The notes under the pieces are model-generated. The model did not search any database, was not told the origin of the DNA, and saw only the letters and a list, made by a program, of their open reading frames with translations. Below, in pieces: positions 26,343 to 40,500 of a stretch of 64,000 nucleotides of DNA; the stretch's first letter is position 1; every line of letters begins with the position of its first letter. The stretch lies in NCBI GenBank assembly GCA_051362555.1, contig CM120640.1, positions 6,324,001 to 6,388,000 of the forward strand. The letters are read 5' to 3'. Source of the stretch: Lingula anatina. Lineage: Eukaryota > Animalia > Brachiopoda. The position numbers and the translations under genes are program-made.

Positions 26343-28480
26343 GTTGTCTGTCACACAGAATTTTATTTTTGTCCTTTAAAATACAAATTACAAATTACCC
26401 ATACCTCAGCTTTTCTCCTATTCATAACCTTGTTTTCCTCAATGATTCTTTTCTGTTTGGGATCTTGATAAGTTGTTTTTGGGACAGGTTTGTGTTTTTC
26501 CAATTTTGGAATCTGTGGAAAAGAACAAAAATGATATAATCAAACTCATCTACATATAAAACCATTAACTTTCTAACCAGGTTACTAACATAGCTTCAAA
26601 CCAAAGTAAAATGACTGACTCAAAATTTCAAAAATTATCACACTATTTTTAAAGATTCTGATGCCCAATAATTAATGTAAAACTTACTGGCTCTGGCATA
26701 GGGACACTTCTGGGTCTAGGCTGTGTTAGATTAAATGCTTTTGGCTCTAGAACAAATTATGATGATGTCAAATACAATGTGGTTTTGTGTACAAAACATT
26801 TAAATCTAACCTATATAATGCAGAAACAAAAAGCATTCTTAATTTAATTCTTTATGATCCATATGATTTAAATTCATTTTCATTTTTATTACCATGAACT
26901 GCAAGTTTAATGCTAGTTGCTATTTCCAAAAGATGAAAAATTAATCAATTTTAAACAGTATTTATAAAGCTGTACCTGTAGTTGGAATAATTTGCTTCTT
27001 AGGTTTGACTTTGTTGGCAATTTTGTCTGCTAATTGTTGGATCATTTCCTGTAGTTCTGGAAGCCACCTATAAAACAACCAAATGCATATGCATAGTTCC
27101 CAGCATTAAATAATTCACAGAAAAAACTGAAAATGTCTACAAGGAAATAATTTTGCACAATAGCATTTACTACCTGTACTATTCACTACATATTTTTCAC
27201 ATAACTTGAGTATGCAAGTTTATAATAAATTACATTAATGACTAATGAACATCAAAACTTACCTAAGAAGGGGTGACAACAAAGTCATCTGTACAAAAGG
27301 TCGTTCATACAATTTATTCCATTCATCCTTAATCCATGTCCTTAAATTCTTGTCATCCATAAAAAAATTAAGAAACTGAAACAGCAAAAAGCACACTTGA
27401 TAAATCTGTCCAAAATAAACAGAATCTTGAAACATTTTGTTTAAGGATTTTTAAAAATAAAGTTATAGGTAAGGTGCTTGCTAATACTTGTTTAAGAAGC
27501 TTACCTTGTACATTTTATTGACATCTTGGGATTTTACAAACTTCCGATAATGTGCCACTTCCAATTCATCCAGCCTGAACAGGGCTAAATATGTCAACAC
27601 TGGAGATAGGAAATAAAACACGTTTAAAGAGATGTGTCAGATAAAACATTTACAGGTACTAAATAATCATTTAAATCTAATGGGATATATAGAAAATGTG
27701 TTTTTTCTAACTGAATAAAGCTCAAACAAAAATTCTAAATAAATTAAGTTCAGATATAAGCAACTGGCAATTAAGCAATTATTTGTATGGTGATATTAGA
27801 TTTTTTGGGTTTAGGTTGTTCATATCATAATTCTGTGGTGCAATTGTTAATTATGGTTTTGGGTACATGTAATTACCTTTATACAGATTGCTCTCAGAGC
27901 GTAGAGAACTCTTCCCACTTCTGATGTAAAAACCATCCAGCACAACATTTAAGACACTATCATAACGGACACATCCTGAAAAAACTTCTGTGATGAAGGT
28001 CTGATCACTGTCTTCAATGTTCTAAAATAAAAATGCAATATAAAATAATCTTTGGGTGAACTTTTTATATTCTTCTGGTTTACACAATGTTAAACCACTA
28101 TGAATACTGACCTTTATTTTTTCAAAACAAATTCAAAGAATATACTTTGAAGCAACTTTGCAAGCTGTAAGAAATTTACCAGACATGGCTTTCTTCACAA
28201 CGATATCAAAATTAACTTTAATTGAGAACAAAAGATCCATTATTGAACATTCACATGCACCAGGTCATTTTTAGGCTTACATGTACATGTTATGTTCTCT
28301 ACATCCACAGAGGTATACATTCAATACTCTAAAATGATTATTAGCAAGTGGCATCCTTACTCGTACCTTTAACTTTGCCATATAATTATTAACATGTTGC
28401 TCAACAGACCGCAGTTCTGGCTGGAATGTATCCAGCACCTCCACACAGTGCTCTAACAGTTGCTTATGAGCCAAGCTCAT
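20121..28480 (-). CDS. CFAP99: Cilia- and flagella-associated protein 99, multi-exon
   Basis: ATG at 28480 (MSLAHKQLLEHCVEVLDTF). Exons give FITEVFSGCVRY, YLALFRLDEL, WIKDEWNKLYE, PKAFNLTQPRPRSVPMPEP, EAGAKDASDFLRWQQEM, RRLEGKLSHEDAILARQ, LLSEFSLAE/LKERL. TAG at 20123-20121. Confidence 0.9.
26280..26340. repeat. (TA)n microsatellite
   Basis: Directly visible; intronic in CFAP99. Confidence 0.95.
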
Positions 28481-29089
28481 TTTGGGTTGCCTGAAAGGAC
28501 AAGTACACCAGGTTTGGGAAAGCGAACATTTTTGAATAATACTCTTTGAGTGTGGTCTTTTCAAATCAAAATTACAATTTTATCCAAATTATGATGCCAT
28601 AATGAAAATTTCAAATTGATTGTAAGTGCTGCCTGTTTCTCTTTGTTATAACTTATTAATTCCATGAAGTAACCATTCATCTACTGAGTATTATCATATA
28701 CTAGTGCCAACTACCTCGTAAGTTTGGAAGATTTTATTAGTACTTATTTCTATTTTGAATTTCAATAGGGGTTTATATGACACTCATTAACAGATTATTT
28801 TCATTTTAGCATATACGAAGTGCAGTTCTGATACACTGAAATTGCATTTAATTAACAGGCGTGCAAAATATATACTCGAATATCTACAAGTTGTAGGATT
28901 TAGTTATGGAAATAACAATGTATTCTAATCCATTCACAGTCTACTAGTACTTGTGAAATTCTGTGAATTTCTATAGCAACTAAATATTCTATTTGATCCA
29001 TTGAGATTCCGGAAAATCTGTTATGTTTTCGATGAATATATTACAAATAATTTAATTAAAATACAGTAAACAGCAAAATTGCAAACACA

Positions 29090-29500
29090 GACCTATATCC
29101 AAACGATCTCTGACGCGAAGAAAGTAAATAGGCCTCCCTTGACGATTGTTTATTGACAACAATATGGCGGCGTGGAGACGAAAAGTGACATGTTGCAAAA
29201 TAACTTAAAAGCTGAAACATATCTTAATCCTCTATGTATTGTGAAAAACAAAAAGAGTCATTAGAACAAATGCCATCTTGTAAATAGAATAAGCAAAATA
29301 AAATTTTATAGATCCATAAAACATAAGATATGTAAGCTTGAAGTACCCATTTTCGGTAACAAGATTAGTTCCGACAATTACCGAAGATTACCGAGCGTCG
29401 CTTCTCTGCCTGCAGGACTGAGTGCTCAAGTTTTGAGGAAACTGCGTCAAGTCAACTAAGTTTGGCAATTGGATTTGTTGTGATTTAAAGATAAGCAGCG
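29090..29500. promoter_or_regulatory. Putative bidirectional promoter CFAP99/NDRG-like
   Basis: Locally CpG-richer stretch between divergent genes. Likely CFAP99 5'UTR donor near 29092 (acceptor at 28491); YY1-like AATATGGCGGC at 29161; TGTTTATTGACAAC at 29147-29160. Confidence 0.55.
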
Positions 29501-32500
29501 ATGGCAGAAACAACTGGACAGGTAAATTGATTAATTAATGTAAATTCTAGTTAAGTTTACAAAGCTGCTGCTGTAGTAAGAGGGCAGCGGGTGGGAGTCG
29601 GCGGATTGCGAAATCCAGTCATAACCGACTTGCAGCAGTAAATAGGGTACCGCTGCAAAATATAATAAAAAGGGGCAATGTTAACACAACTTCCATGTTA
29701 TTTTATAAATTGGTTATAATGCATTTTCAAAGCTACTGGCAAAAAACTCCTTTGCTTTTTTCCTGTCAAATAAATGTTGGTGCGTTATGGGTTTAGAAAC
29801 GTGATTTATTATAAATTTGTTTTATAATGTTTAAAAATGTATAAAAATTATTCTAGAGGAATAACATATGTGTCTGCATGTTATTTTAAAAGACAAAATG
29901 CTGTGCTGTACCAACAAAATTGACAAATCAGTTTCTGATTGAATCATTGATGCATGTGATGCATTTGTTTTGTTATCAAGTTTATCCAGTTTACCATTAA
30001 CATTATTATTATTTTCTTCAATTTCATATTATTTCTTTTCTATTTTCAGGACCTTAAGCAAGAAGTCGTTGATACTGATCTTGGAAGGTTCAATGTTTAT
30101 TTGCAAGTAAGTGTCTCAACTCTGTTGCTCAGGTGATTTATTACATGTTTTGCTCACGTGGCATGCCATGCATTGGAATTAAGCCACTTTATTTACGAAT
30201 TGGACAAAAGTGTGTTCAAAGCCAAGGATTATCCACAATTTCTCATACAAAGTCTCCTTGTTATATATATAAAGATGAAAATGGTAGCTATTGAATCACG
30301 CTAGCCCACATTTCATTCTCGTTACTCATACATGTGTGCAATAATAGTGGATGCTTGCCTTAATGGTTTATAATATGGGTAACAATTTTTGCTGTCACTT
30401 ATAACTAGAAAGTTAAAAGCCAAAGGTAATAATAATTTTTCCTTTTAAGCTATGGATATGATTGATACTTATTGCAGAAATTGAGACTTCAGCTGAAAAA
30501 AAATTATATTCATTTCCGTTGCTTCTCAACATTTCGGCAATGTCATGATTTATAGAGGCTCTCTCACATTAGCTTGAGAACTTTTTTACGACAGTGTCTA
30601 ATGATCAAAAGATGACATGCAATAAAATGTGTAATTCACCTGTTAATGAAAACTTTGTTGTTATTTTCATCAAAGTGTTATGAATAAGTGATAATGTTGT
30701 GTAAGCGAAAAATGCTTGATGACGCTTGGACTTTTATGATGTAACGTAGCCACTTAAGCCTTGTTTACAAATTCCATCATGTTTTTTTGGATGCTGCCTC
30801 TAGAAAACAAACGGATTACCCACCAATTTTTTTTCATATTTTTTACTCATATGATGAGCAGATTTTGTCTTATAATTTTTATCAAAATTGCTAGGGCAGA
30901 AATGTTGTTTCTGAAATATGAGAGAGCTTCTTTTAGATGTACAATGCAGTAGTGAACCTGTCATGGAATAGGGCTTGAGGTTATTCCTCTACTTGCATGA
31001 CCCGATGTGTGCCACACTTGTCACTGGATATATCATGCCCTAGCATATGTTGGAACATTGATAAATAGTGAGCATCAAATTAAGTGTTATGGCTAGCCTA
31101 GATTTAGCTTGATGCTTGATGTTCAGAGCCATAGGTCATCTCTTGGACAAGCTCATCGTATTGAATACTTAGTACAATACTTACGTAGTTTTCTGCCATA
31201 ATGGAGCATCTACTGGTCTCTCATAAATATAAATAATTATGCAATATTCTTAATTTTTTCCTGTGGCAAAAAGGAAATCTGTAAGTAGAGACTAGAAATC
31301 CATTGGATAATAGAAGAAGTTAGCTTTCAGTGGTCTCAACACATAAAGATCAAAGATCGTGTTGGTTATTTTTGACCTGTAAAAAGACATGGATACAGTA
31401 GTGATATAAAAGGATGTATTTGATTTGATATCTGTCCAAATCATCCCAAGGAACTGCATGTTTACTTGACAGTAAACCACTACTCCTAAGGTGATGCACA
31501 GTGGGTCTTGATACTTGAGATAAGCAGTAATTATTTAATGGTTTGGAAAATCCCCTAACTCCAGGTTCTTTTATTCAATAATGTTGAACAATGATCTTCA
31601 GCTTAATTGATGTTCTGGTTTTGTAGCCTTAATTGCTTCAGAAAAGGTAAGGTCACTATTTCCAGGTTTTTGTTGAAATTGGGTTAACTTGAGTAAATAT
31701 GAAGTCCCAAATTCTGAAGAGGTCAAAAGGGTGATGCTATATACTGACCCAAATATTTCTTATCTTATCTTATCTCAAAATCCCAACTTAGAATATAACT
31801 TTTTTTTCCTTCAGAAATGTCCCCTTTACTAGTATGTCATTTTCCCCTTTTTTGATTGAAAAGTTAACAGAACATTATTGGTAGGTAAAGACAACAGAAA
31901 TCAATAAATTATAAAACAGAGCAAAAAATCTTTGATTTAATCATTGTTTACTTGAGAAAATCTTAAATTGATATAAATATTAGGTTTGGGTTTGTTTGAC
32001 TATTGTTGGTTGGATGGTTAATAATGATTTGACCTCAGTTGGGAATCCAGAGTTACTTGGTATTTAAAATGAAGATTTAGACATCTAACATTTTGTATAA
32101 AATATCACATATGTGCATTGCCCTTGGAATCATCATATATTATATCAATTGACAATCTATACTTGGCAAATGACAATAAAATATATTTCAATGATAATCC
32201 ACTGAGAACCTATCATAGAAAACAAAAATCTATATGTCTTTTTACTGTTGACTTGTTAATTTGTTAAGTTACATAATACCTTTCTAAATAATTCAACTGT
32301 GGATTGCTCATGAGGGATGTTATATGTAAAATTGGATTTGTATTAAATGGTTATTAGATTTACTGGCCTGTTAGCACACATCTTTCAATCAACAGAATAT
32401 ATCTGTAGTTGGTGATATAAACTGCATTGATCAGCTCTTATTATACAATAAGTATTGGCATATGTTGTATTAAATCCTGTTCATAACCTGCTTTGCCTCA

Positions 32501-35500
32501 CATGAACTAGTGATTTCATATTGGTATTGAAATAAAGCTGGCGAACTGTGTAAATTTCTTTATGTTTACATCAAGTTACTATTTGTACAAGCTGTTCCTT
32601 CTGTTGGTGTGTTTTAAAAACTTTTCATGTAATGCTTTCTCTTTCAATTGTTTGAATCACATGCTTGAACCTTTCAGGGCGACCTCGGCCATGCTGAAGC
32701 CATTATTCTCACAGTTCATGACCTGGGATGTAACCGTGAGTACACATACAATTACTTAACACCAGTTGCATTTGAAAAGGTAGTTCCTAAGGTGTTTTTC
32801 TCCTACCTTCCCATATTCCATACTTTCATGTTTTATATATGTTTTATAATTATCCCACAGGCTAGCTATATTTTCTATGTGGACTACAGTTACTGCAAAG
32901 CTACTCATCTTTCTCAGTTTGAACCTTGAATAAGAATATATCCTAGCTCCTAAATAAAAGTACCAAATGTTGATATTTCCTTCTGAAATGCACAGGGAGG
33001 CAAAAGAGTTTGAATAAGTTGCCAGTCATTTTGAAAGTTTCAATTATTAAATTAGTAATGGCGTAGCATATTAAATTCAAGCAGGGACTGATAGAGCAAT
33101 GATTCACAGATAGGAGTAAATATTTCATTTCAGAGAAAATTTCAATTTGGTGGAAAGTCCTGTATAGGACACCTTTAAAGTAATTGCTTGGGTCCTGATA
33201 ATGTACATTACCAAGGTTTATGACATCAAGCAAGGTTTACATACACTGACTTTCAGCTTGGTGGACAGGAGACAAAGGCACAATATCCAAGTTGATTTTA
33301 GTTCCTATCCTCTCTTTCTTGACAGACTTTTAGAGAGACTTTATTGATTTTAATTCTTTAGGTTATGCTATTTCAGGAATGAATCTTTTCAGTCTAGTTA
33401 AAGAGGGTGTCTTACTTGATTGGCATATAAAATAGTATTGTTTTGAATAATCCATTTCTGTGTTTACCTAAGTTGTAAGAACTGTTCACTTGGATATACA
33501 GGATTTTGTTTACCCAGTTCAAAACATAAGGGATATGTGTAATAATATCCTTCAGCCTATAAATATATTTCTAGTTCATGGTGGTACTTTAAGTGCAAAA
33601 CACACCTGTCATGCATGCATGCACTATCCTTGATATTTTTTCTGTAAATGTTGCATGGTAGTAATCTATCTTACTATCATGAGCAGTTTTTTGAAGTTAT
33701 TCAAGCAAAGGAAATTTTTATTAGCTTTCCGAGTAAATATCTAGACTGTAATAATTATTGTGGTAAAAGGCATATTATTGAAGAGTTATATCAAGACTCA
33801 TTGCCCTAATTCCAGATGTATTTACAGTTTATAAGGGTGCATCACCTGAACTGCCCCAGAGTATGTATACAGGTTACACATATAATAAATATCCACTAGT
33901 ACATTCCAGTGCTTCCAAAATGTGTGGTCTAACATGCTAGATTACAGGCTAGAATCTTAGTTCATGGTAGCATCAAGAACATTGTTTCCATGCCCTTGTT
34001 TTGTAATGGGATTTTTTAAACATCTGAACAGATGCATGGGCATATTTAACACAAATGTGTCATTTGATTTATGTTTTGACTTTGGAGAACAAGTGAAAAG
34101 TTGTTGTTTGCATTTAAGGTTGATAGTGATGGAAAACATGATTATTTTCCCACTAATGATATGCATTAGTATCCAATTTGTAAAACATAAGAAATTGTTG
34201 CAGGATCTAATTGCCAATTATCCTCTCCACACACATTCTACTCAACATAGTTTGGGAATAAGTATGACTTTGTTGCCTTGACAAAGTTGTTCACATGTAT
34301 ACATACCACTGGGAATTACAAGTAAATCTGGCAATTTGATAGTTTTTTAGGGTGTTCAATTGAAGTTTTTCCAGGTCACTGGTTTATCCTTGTAATCCAA
34401 AGAAATGACTGTTACTGATATATGCTACTTTGATTCATGGTTTACATGAGTAGATTTTAGTTGCTAAAATTGGATTAAAAATAGCACAAGAATTAAGTCT
34501 TGCGCATTTTCTCATTACAAAATTAATTGTGAGATCAACAATGTGGAACACTAAAAAAATGTATGATTCATAAAGATTTGACACATCTAATATCAAATTT
34601 GTTTCAATATTCTAGATTTATGTTCACCAATGTGCCATGCTTGGGTAATTAAACCATTGGAGAACAAAAGAAAATTGAATTGCTAGATAAACAAAATGTC
34701 AGTCTTTGCATTGCAAATTGCTGCATTATCTGCATGTTGTCATGATCAGCACCCAATCTTTCTTCATTCCTAGAGCAGAGTAAACAATTTATGCACTAAC
34801 ACTTGTGTTAGCTAATGTTTGCTAACAAGCATGAATAGGGGCAGTCCTTTTGGGGGGGGGGTGTTTTAAATTTAACCTCCATTAATATATAAATTGTCAC
34901 AATATCTTGCCATTGTAGATACCATGTACAATGACTTTGTGAACCATCCAAGCATGAAAGAGTTGACCTCTAGGGTGGTCTGGATTCATGTGGATCTGCC
35001 TGGACAGGAGGAAAATGCACCAGATCTGCCTGCAGAGTAAGTATGCTGCATGCACATGCACATGCATATGCAAAAACACACACACAAACGTGCTGGTTTT
35101 TGACACATAAAGCTTAAGTCAGCCAACTTTCAAATTTATACAACTTGACATTTATGCCACAGTGTGGCAGCCAGTCATTTTCTGTCCACTTTTACATTAA
35201 CGAGTCTGTCTCAATTATTTGTGACCCTTATGGATATGGAAACAATATATCATGGTGTCATTTGACAGTGGCTATTGGTCTGCATTATTGTCAACATATA
35301 CATATAGCATGCATGTGACAGGTGCACATGCATGATTTCATTGATTTGGAATGATTTTTAATTTAAAATAGTCTAAATATAATGTTTGCTTTATGAGTGA
35401 TATAAAAGGCTGTACTTTCGTTTACAAGTTAATCTTTTAAAAGTAAATTGACTTGTAAGAGTATTTGGCCTTCACAAACATATGAACTAGCCAAGCTTAG

Positions 35501-37419
35501 AACTAGCTTGTAGATATTGACAACATATAAAGACAACATCACAAACATCCAAAAATACTACCTGAAAATTGATGGTGTCCTTTCTGTAAAGCAAAGTAAG
35601 ATGAGCTACGCCTCATGTGCCTTTGCATCAAACATGCAGCTGAGAGGTTACATTAAATTATGCATTAGGAAAAATATTCCAAAATTTTGGTAGAAAGTGA
35701 GAAATTAATTGCAGCTGTATGTACAGCTAAGTACTCGAATGCCTATAATTATGTAGAAATATGTTTCCAAATTGGCACAAACTCGTAGTGATGCCATTTT
35801 AGTGCATTGTTAGCATAAATAATTGCTTACATATTTATATTTGGATATTTTATCCCCCCTGCATTATATATTTTGCTGTAACATTAATATATTGTACCTA
35901 CTCACCATGACAGTGGTGCATTTGATTAATAAATAAAACTACCCATATTTATCCAATATATGACTTTAAACCCATGGTTTTGGAACAGCTAAACACCGAA
36001 GTTAGAAAATAGTCCAAAATGATTTATTTGCCTCCATGCTGATTTTTAGGGCAATGTCAGCACACTTTATCTTCTACGTTGAAGTTGTCTTTTTCACCAA
36101 AGTAATCTTAATTGAGTTCAGTGCATGGTGCATGTAAGGTTGAAATTAATTGTTTGTTCAAAAAGCCTTGGCCTATCCAATTCACTGACATTGCTAAATT
36201 CAAGGTTAATCCATGGATATAGACTTGCACAAGGAGTCACAGACACCCAGATACATGTTGTACATGGTTCGCACAAATCTGGAAAATCCTGGAATTTAGA
36301 TAAAATCCTGGAATATCCTGGAATTTGCTTGTGCTCCTTGAATAGTCCTTAAATCTTTAAAGTAGTCCTGGAGAAATCCTTGAAATTTGAAAATTATTAC
36401 GTCTATTCGGTAGTTTTCTAGTTAGTTTACGTGAAAGACGCAGAGTAGTATTTCGTGTTATTGTGTTTGTTGAGCATCGAGCAATTCGGCTGTTTCCGCG
36501 AAGCAGTGATAGAGTCGTTTTAGCCAATCACTGTTGATTTAACATCGACTGTTCGGCATCGAACACGTGTGGCCCAGCATGCGCACGGTGCGAGACGAGT
36601 GGCTCTGTGAATGATTAACCAAGCATGTCAACAACAAAAGGTATTTGTGTATTTAACCTTGCGTGGGAACACGACCCGGAATTCAAACAGTGGGTGAAAC
36701 GTGTGCCGAATGACAAGAAAAGAGCTAGCTGTTCAGTTTGCTTCTCTACATTTGATATATCGAACATGGGTGTTTCTTCACTGAAATCTCATGCTAGAGG
36801 TATGAAACACCGCGAAAATATGAGATTGACAAACTTGAATTCCTGTGGACAGTTATCGCTGAGTTCGTTATGGGGAAATACTATGAAATCACCTGGAAAT
36901 AGTTGTACTACACTCACGCCTACATGTACCACTACGTCAGCATCAAGCAAGTCTTCATGTACCACAATGTCGGCATCAAGCAAGTACGCTACGTTGGACA
37001 CGTTCGTTTCAAAAGACGATGTTGTCAAAGCAGAGATTCTGTGGACATTGAAATTAATCACAGATCATCAGTCGTACAGGTCTTCACAAAACATTGGTGA
37101 ATTATTAAGGAGGATGGACCCTAACAGCAAGGTTGCACAACAATTCACTTGTGGCGAAAAGAAATCTGCTTACTTGTGCGTGTTTGGATTGGGGGAATAT
37201 TTCGCTAGACTCCTGAAAGAAAGTGTAACTGGGCCATTTGTTATTTTGTTTGATGAAAGTCTGAATAAGAAGATGCAGAAGAAACAGATGGATATACATG
37301 TGAGATTTTGGAGTGAGGAGTGCCATAGAGTCGTGACAAGATACTTCACATCTGAATTTCTAGGTAAGTGTCATTTGAAATTAAACTTTTCCACTCTTAA
37401 TACAATAATAATGATAATA

Positions 37420-37467
<48 letters not shown>

Positions 37468-37539
37468 TGCTAGACTTTATTGTCATAAGGTTAACTTGCC
37501 GTAATGATGTATTTCAGTGAAAATTTATTAAAAACATGG

Positions 37540-37577
<38 letters not shown>

Positions 37578-40500
37578 TTCATAATTATAACAAGATTTAA
37601 TTATTTAGTCATATTTAATCATTTCTGAATAAGCAGCTTATATATTTTATTTTATTTTTTCAGGACATGCTACATCAGATGACATGGTCTCACATTTTAG
37701 TCAATGTGTTCTCAATAGTGGTCTACCAATCAAGAACATGTTGCAGATTAGCATGGATGGACCAAATGTGAATTGGAAATTCTATGACACAATATCGAGG
37801 AAAGTAGCAAATGACTATGGATCCTCTCCAGGGTTCTCCCCAGGCCTTTATAGCGTATCGGCCCCGATACGCTATTTTTTTTGCCGATACGCTACTTTTT
37901 TTGCCGATACGCTTCTTTGAACTCCGATACCCTTTAAGAGTGTGTGTGTGACCAATGCCTTTAATGCCTTTATTCCTGACAGTCGCGACGTAAACCGTAA
38001 AATAAAAACTACTGTGTACGTACTTGGATCTCTTGTGTGCGCGTCAAGTTGTTTATTTTTATTCTGCCTGGCGCAGTAATACAAATATAACATCTTATGT
38101 TGAGGGCGCGGGACCTGCGTACTGACAAGTTTCGAATATCAACATCCGCTTATTAGTTTCGTCATCAATGTAATTCTGTGAGATTTGTTTGCTTTATCTA
38201 TATTTTTGGAGAAATATAATAAATAGTCAATCCTTCATGTTATTTTGACTGAAGAATAGTAGCAGTCGTGATCATTTGTAAATAAATGTATCCATGCGGC
38301 AAGAGAAAATGTCAGAAAAGATGCAACACTATTTAATACATTAGCGCCTGTCCAGGACAGGTAAAAATTCAGCTCGGACATGTGAAGTTGCAGGGTTGGC
38401 TGTCCGACAGACAGGTCATGGTTTATGAGAAATTTGGAGCAAAAATCTTTTAAAAAAATCATTTTTAATGCATACTAACGTCTTTTTGTCTCTTCCTACA
38501 CGGTACTGAAAAGAATGACCTACTTTTGGCACAAAACACATGCAGTCACAAAACGAAGTCTGAGCAAACTTACCGCCAAGTTATGAAAGTGAACACCCTC
38601 CAGAACTTCATCAGACAAAATTTATTCACATAACAGGCTCACTACTGAATATTTATTTGGTTTAAAATCTACGTGCTCTAGAGAGAAAGACCGTTACAGA
38701 AACAACACAAGTACTATGCTGGTTACAAAGCCAGATTGAACTAGATGAACTGGCTATATCTAGTTCGTTGTCCAGGCAACATACTGCCTGTCAATCAAAT
38801 ACGTTGTATGCTATCTACTCACTACAGAACGTGAAATCTTTGGGACTGAAGATCTTGTTGAAATATTATTTATTTGCCAAAATATAACCTGAAATTTTGT
38901 ATGATGTTTTCTTTAATGACTTTATCATCACCTATATTATTTACAGTTAAAAATGTAGTGCTGGAATATGATAAATTAACATTGCTGTCATATACCAGTG
39001 TGGTATTGATGTAAAGAAGAAATTAGTAATAACAAATATGAGAATTTAAATAAAAAGGGGAACTTTTTTAAACTGATTTTATTTAACTCGTATATTTAAG
39101 AAAATCAAACACAAGATAACCCCTAAAAAGTTAAATTGTTAACATAAATATAAGTAAAGTATTATAAGATGAATATTCTTTAATTTTTCATTGAACTTTT
39201 GAATATTTTAATAAAATTAATCTAACAGTACCCCCTCCCCACCTGCCACTCAGGGTATTTATATTTTGCTTTGGTTAAACTTCATGTGAATTTGTTATCA
39301 AATTGCAGATTTACAATTAGCAGACCCTGTACCCAAAATCCTAGGAGAAGCCCTGATTGAAACTTTATAATGTTAAATCAGACTTATATGCAAGATTAAA
39401 TCTTCAGGAGTTCACAAGTATGAAAAAACAACTTTTTATCTGAAAATAAATCCACTTTAAGGTGCATTTTCCGGCTCATTTAATTTAATGTCTTGGCAAT
39501 AATTGCATTAAATGTATGACTACACATATTTATTTACAAAGTTCAATGGTATGAATAGAAAAAATATTAGTTTTGTTGGACAGGTTGGATTGAAATTCGG
39601 ACAGGTACTCATAAAAGTTAGTGTCTAGCCCTGATTTTCCCGCAAAATTTGGTCCTGCAAGTGGGCTATGTCGTAACGATTAAATGACAGCTTCAGATTG
39701 CATGGGATTGCACCCTTTTTGCATGAAATAATGAAAGTTTTTCCTCCGGAGGGCACATCCCTGGACTCCCCCCCCCCCTTTGTGCCTCGCTTCGCGAGCT
39801 TCGGTACTCTCGCGTAAAAAAAAAATAAGGGCTATTTTCAAATCCTGGGGAGAACCCTGCTCTCTCATCAACATCGGGTCATGTGGTTTACATATAGTCC
39901 ACAACAGTTTTAAAGCAGGAGCAGAGTCCACAGATTGGAATGTAGCATCATGTCTTTCAGCCCTGTACTACCTGTTCAAAGATTCGCCAGCTAGGGCTGA
40001 GGACTATGTCAGAGTGACTGCAAGTAACATCATGCCACTGAAGTTTGTAAAACACAGATGGCTTGAGAATATTCCAGTATGCGACAGAGCTTTACTGATA
40101 TGGAACAACATAGTACAGTATGTCGAAGCAATCGAATCTAAAAATCTCAAGATGCCAACAAACATCTCGTACAAAGTTGTTAGCGAATGTACAAAGGATG
40201 AGCTGTTTCTTGCGAAGATGAATTTTTTTAAATCTGTCGCTTTGCAGCTAGAGCCATTTCTAACTAGGTATCAGACAGACAAACCTATGATACCCTATTT
40301 GAGTGATGATCTCTGTTCTATCCTAAGATTGCTAATGAAGAGATTCATCAAAGATGACGTGATGCAAACAGCAAGAAATCAGGAAAAACTAGTCAGAATT
40401 GATGTAACTGACAACAAGATCCACCTGGATTATAATAAAGTGGATTTGGGATTTTCAACGGATCGATCTCTAAGCAAGATTAAGAAAGGAGCAGTCAGTG

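Noticed and set aside
36280-36385. Short regularly repeated motif superficially like a CRISPR or iteron array
   Set aside because: Eukaryotic context, 8-bp motif with irregular spacing; explained as transposon subterminal repeats.
39780-39864. N-terminus of the 536-aa ORF as a stand-alone gene start
   Set aside because: The first ~27 codons are read through the nested element's right end; the ORF is the 3' part of the split transposase.
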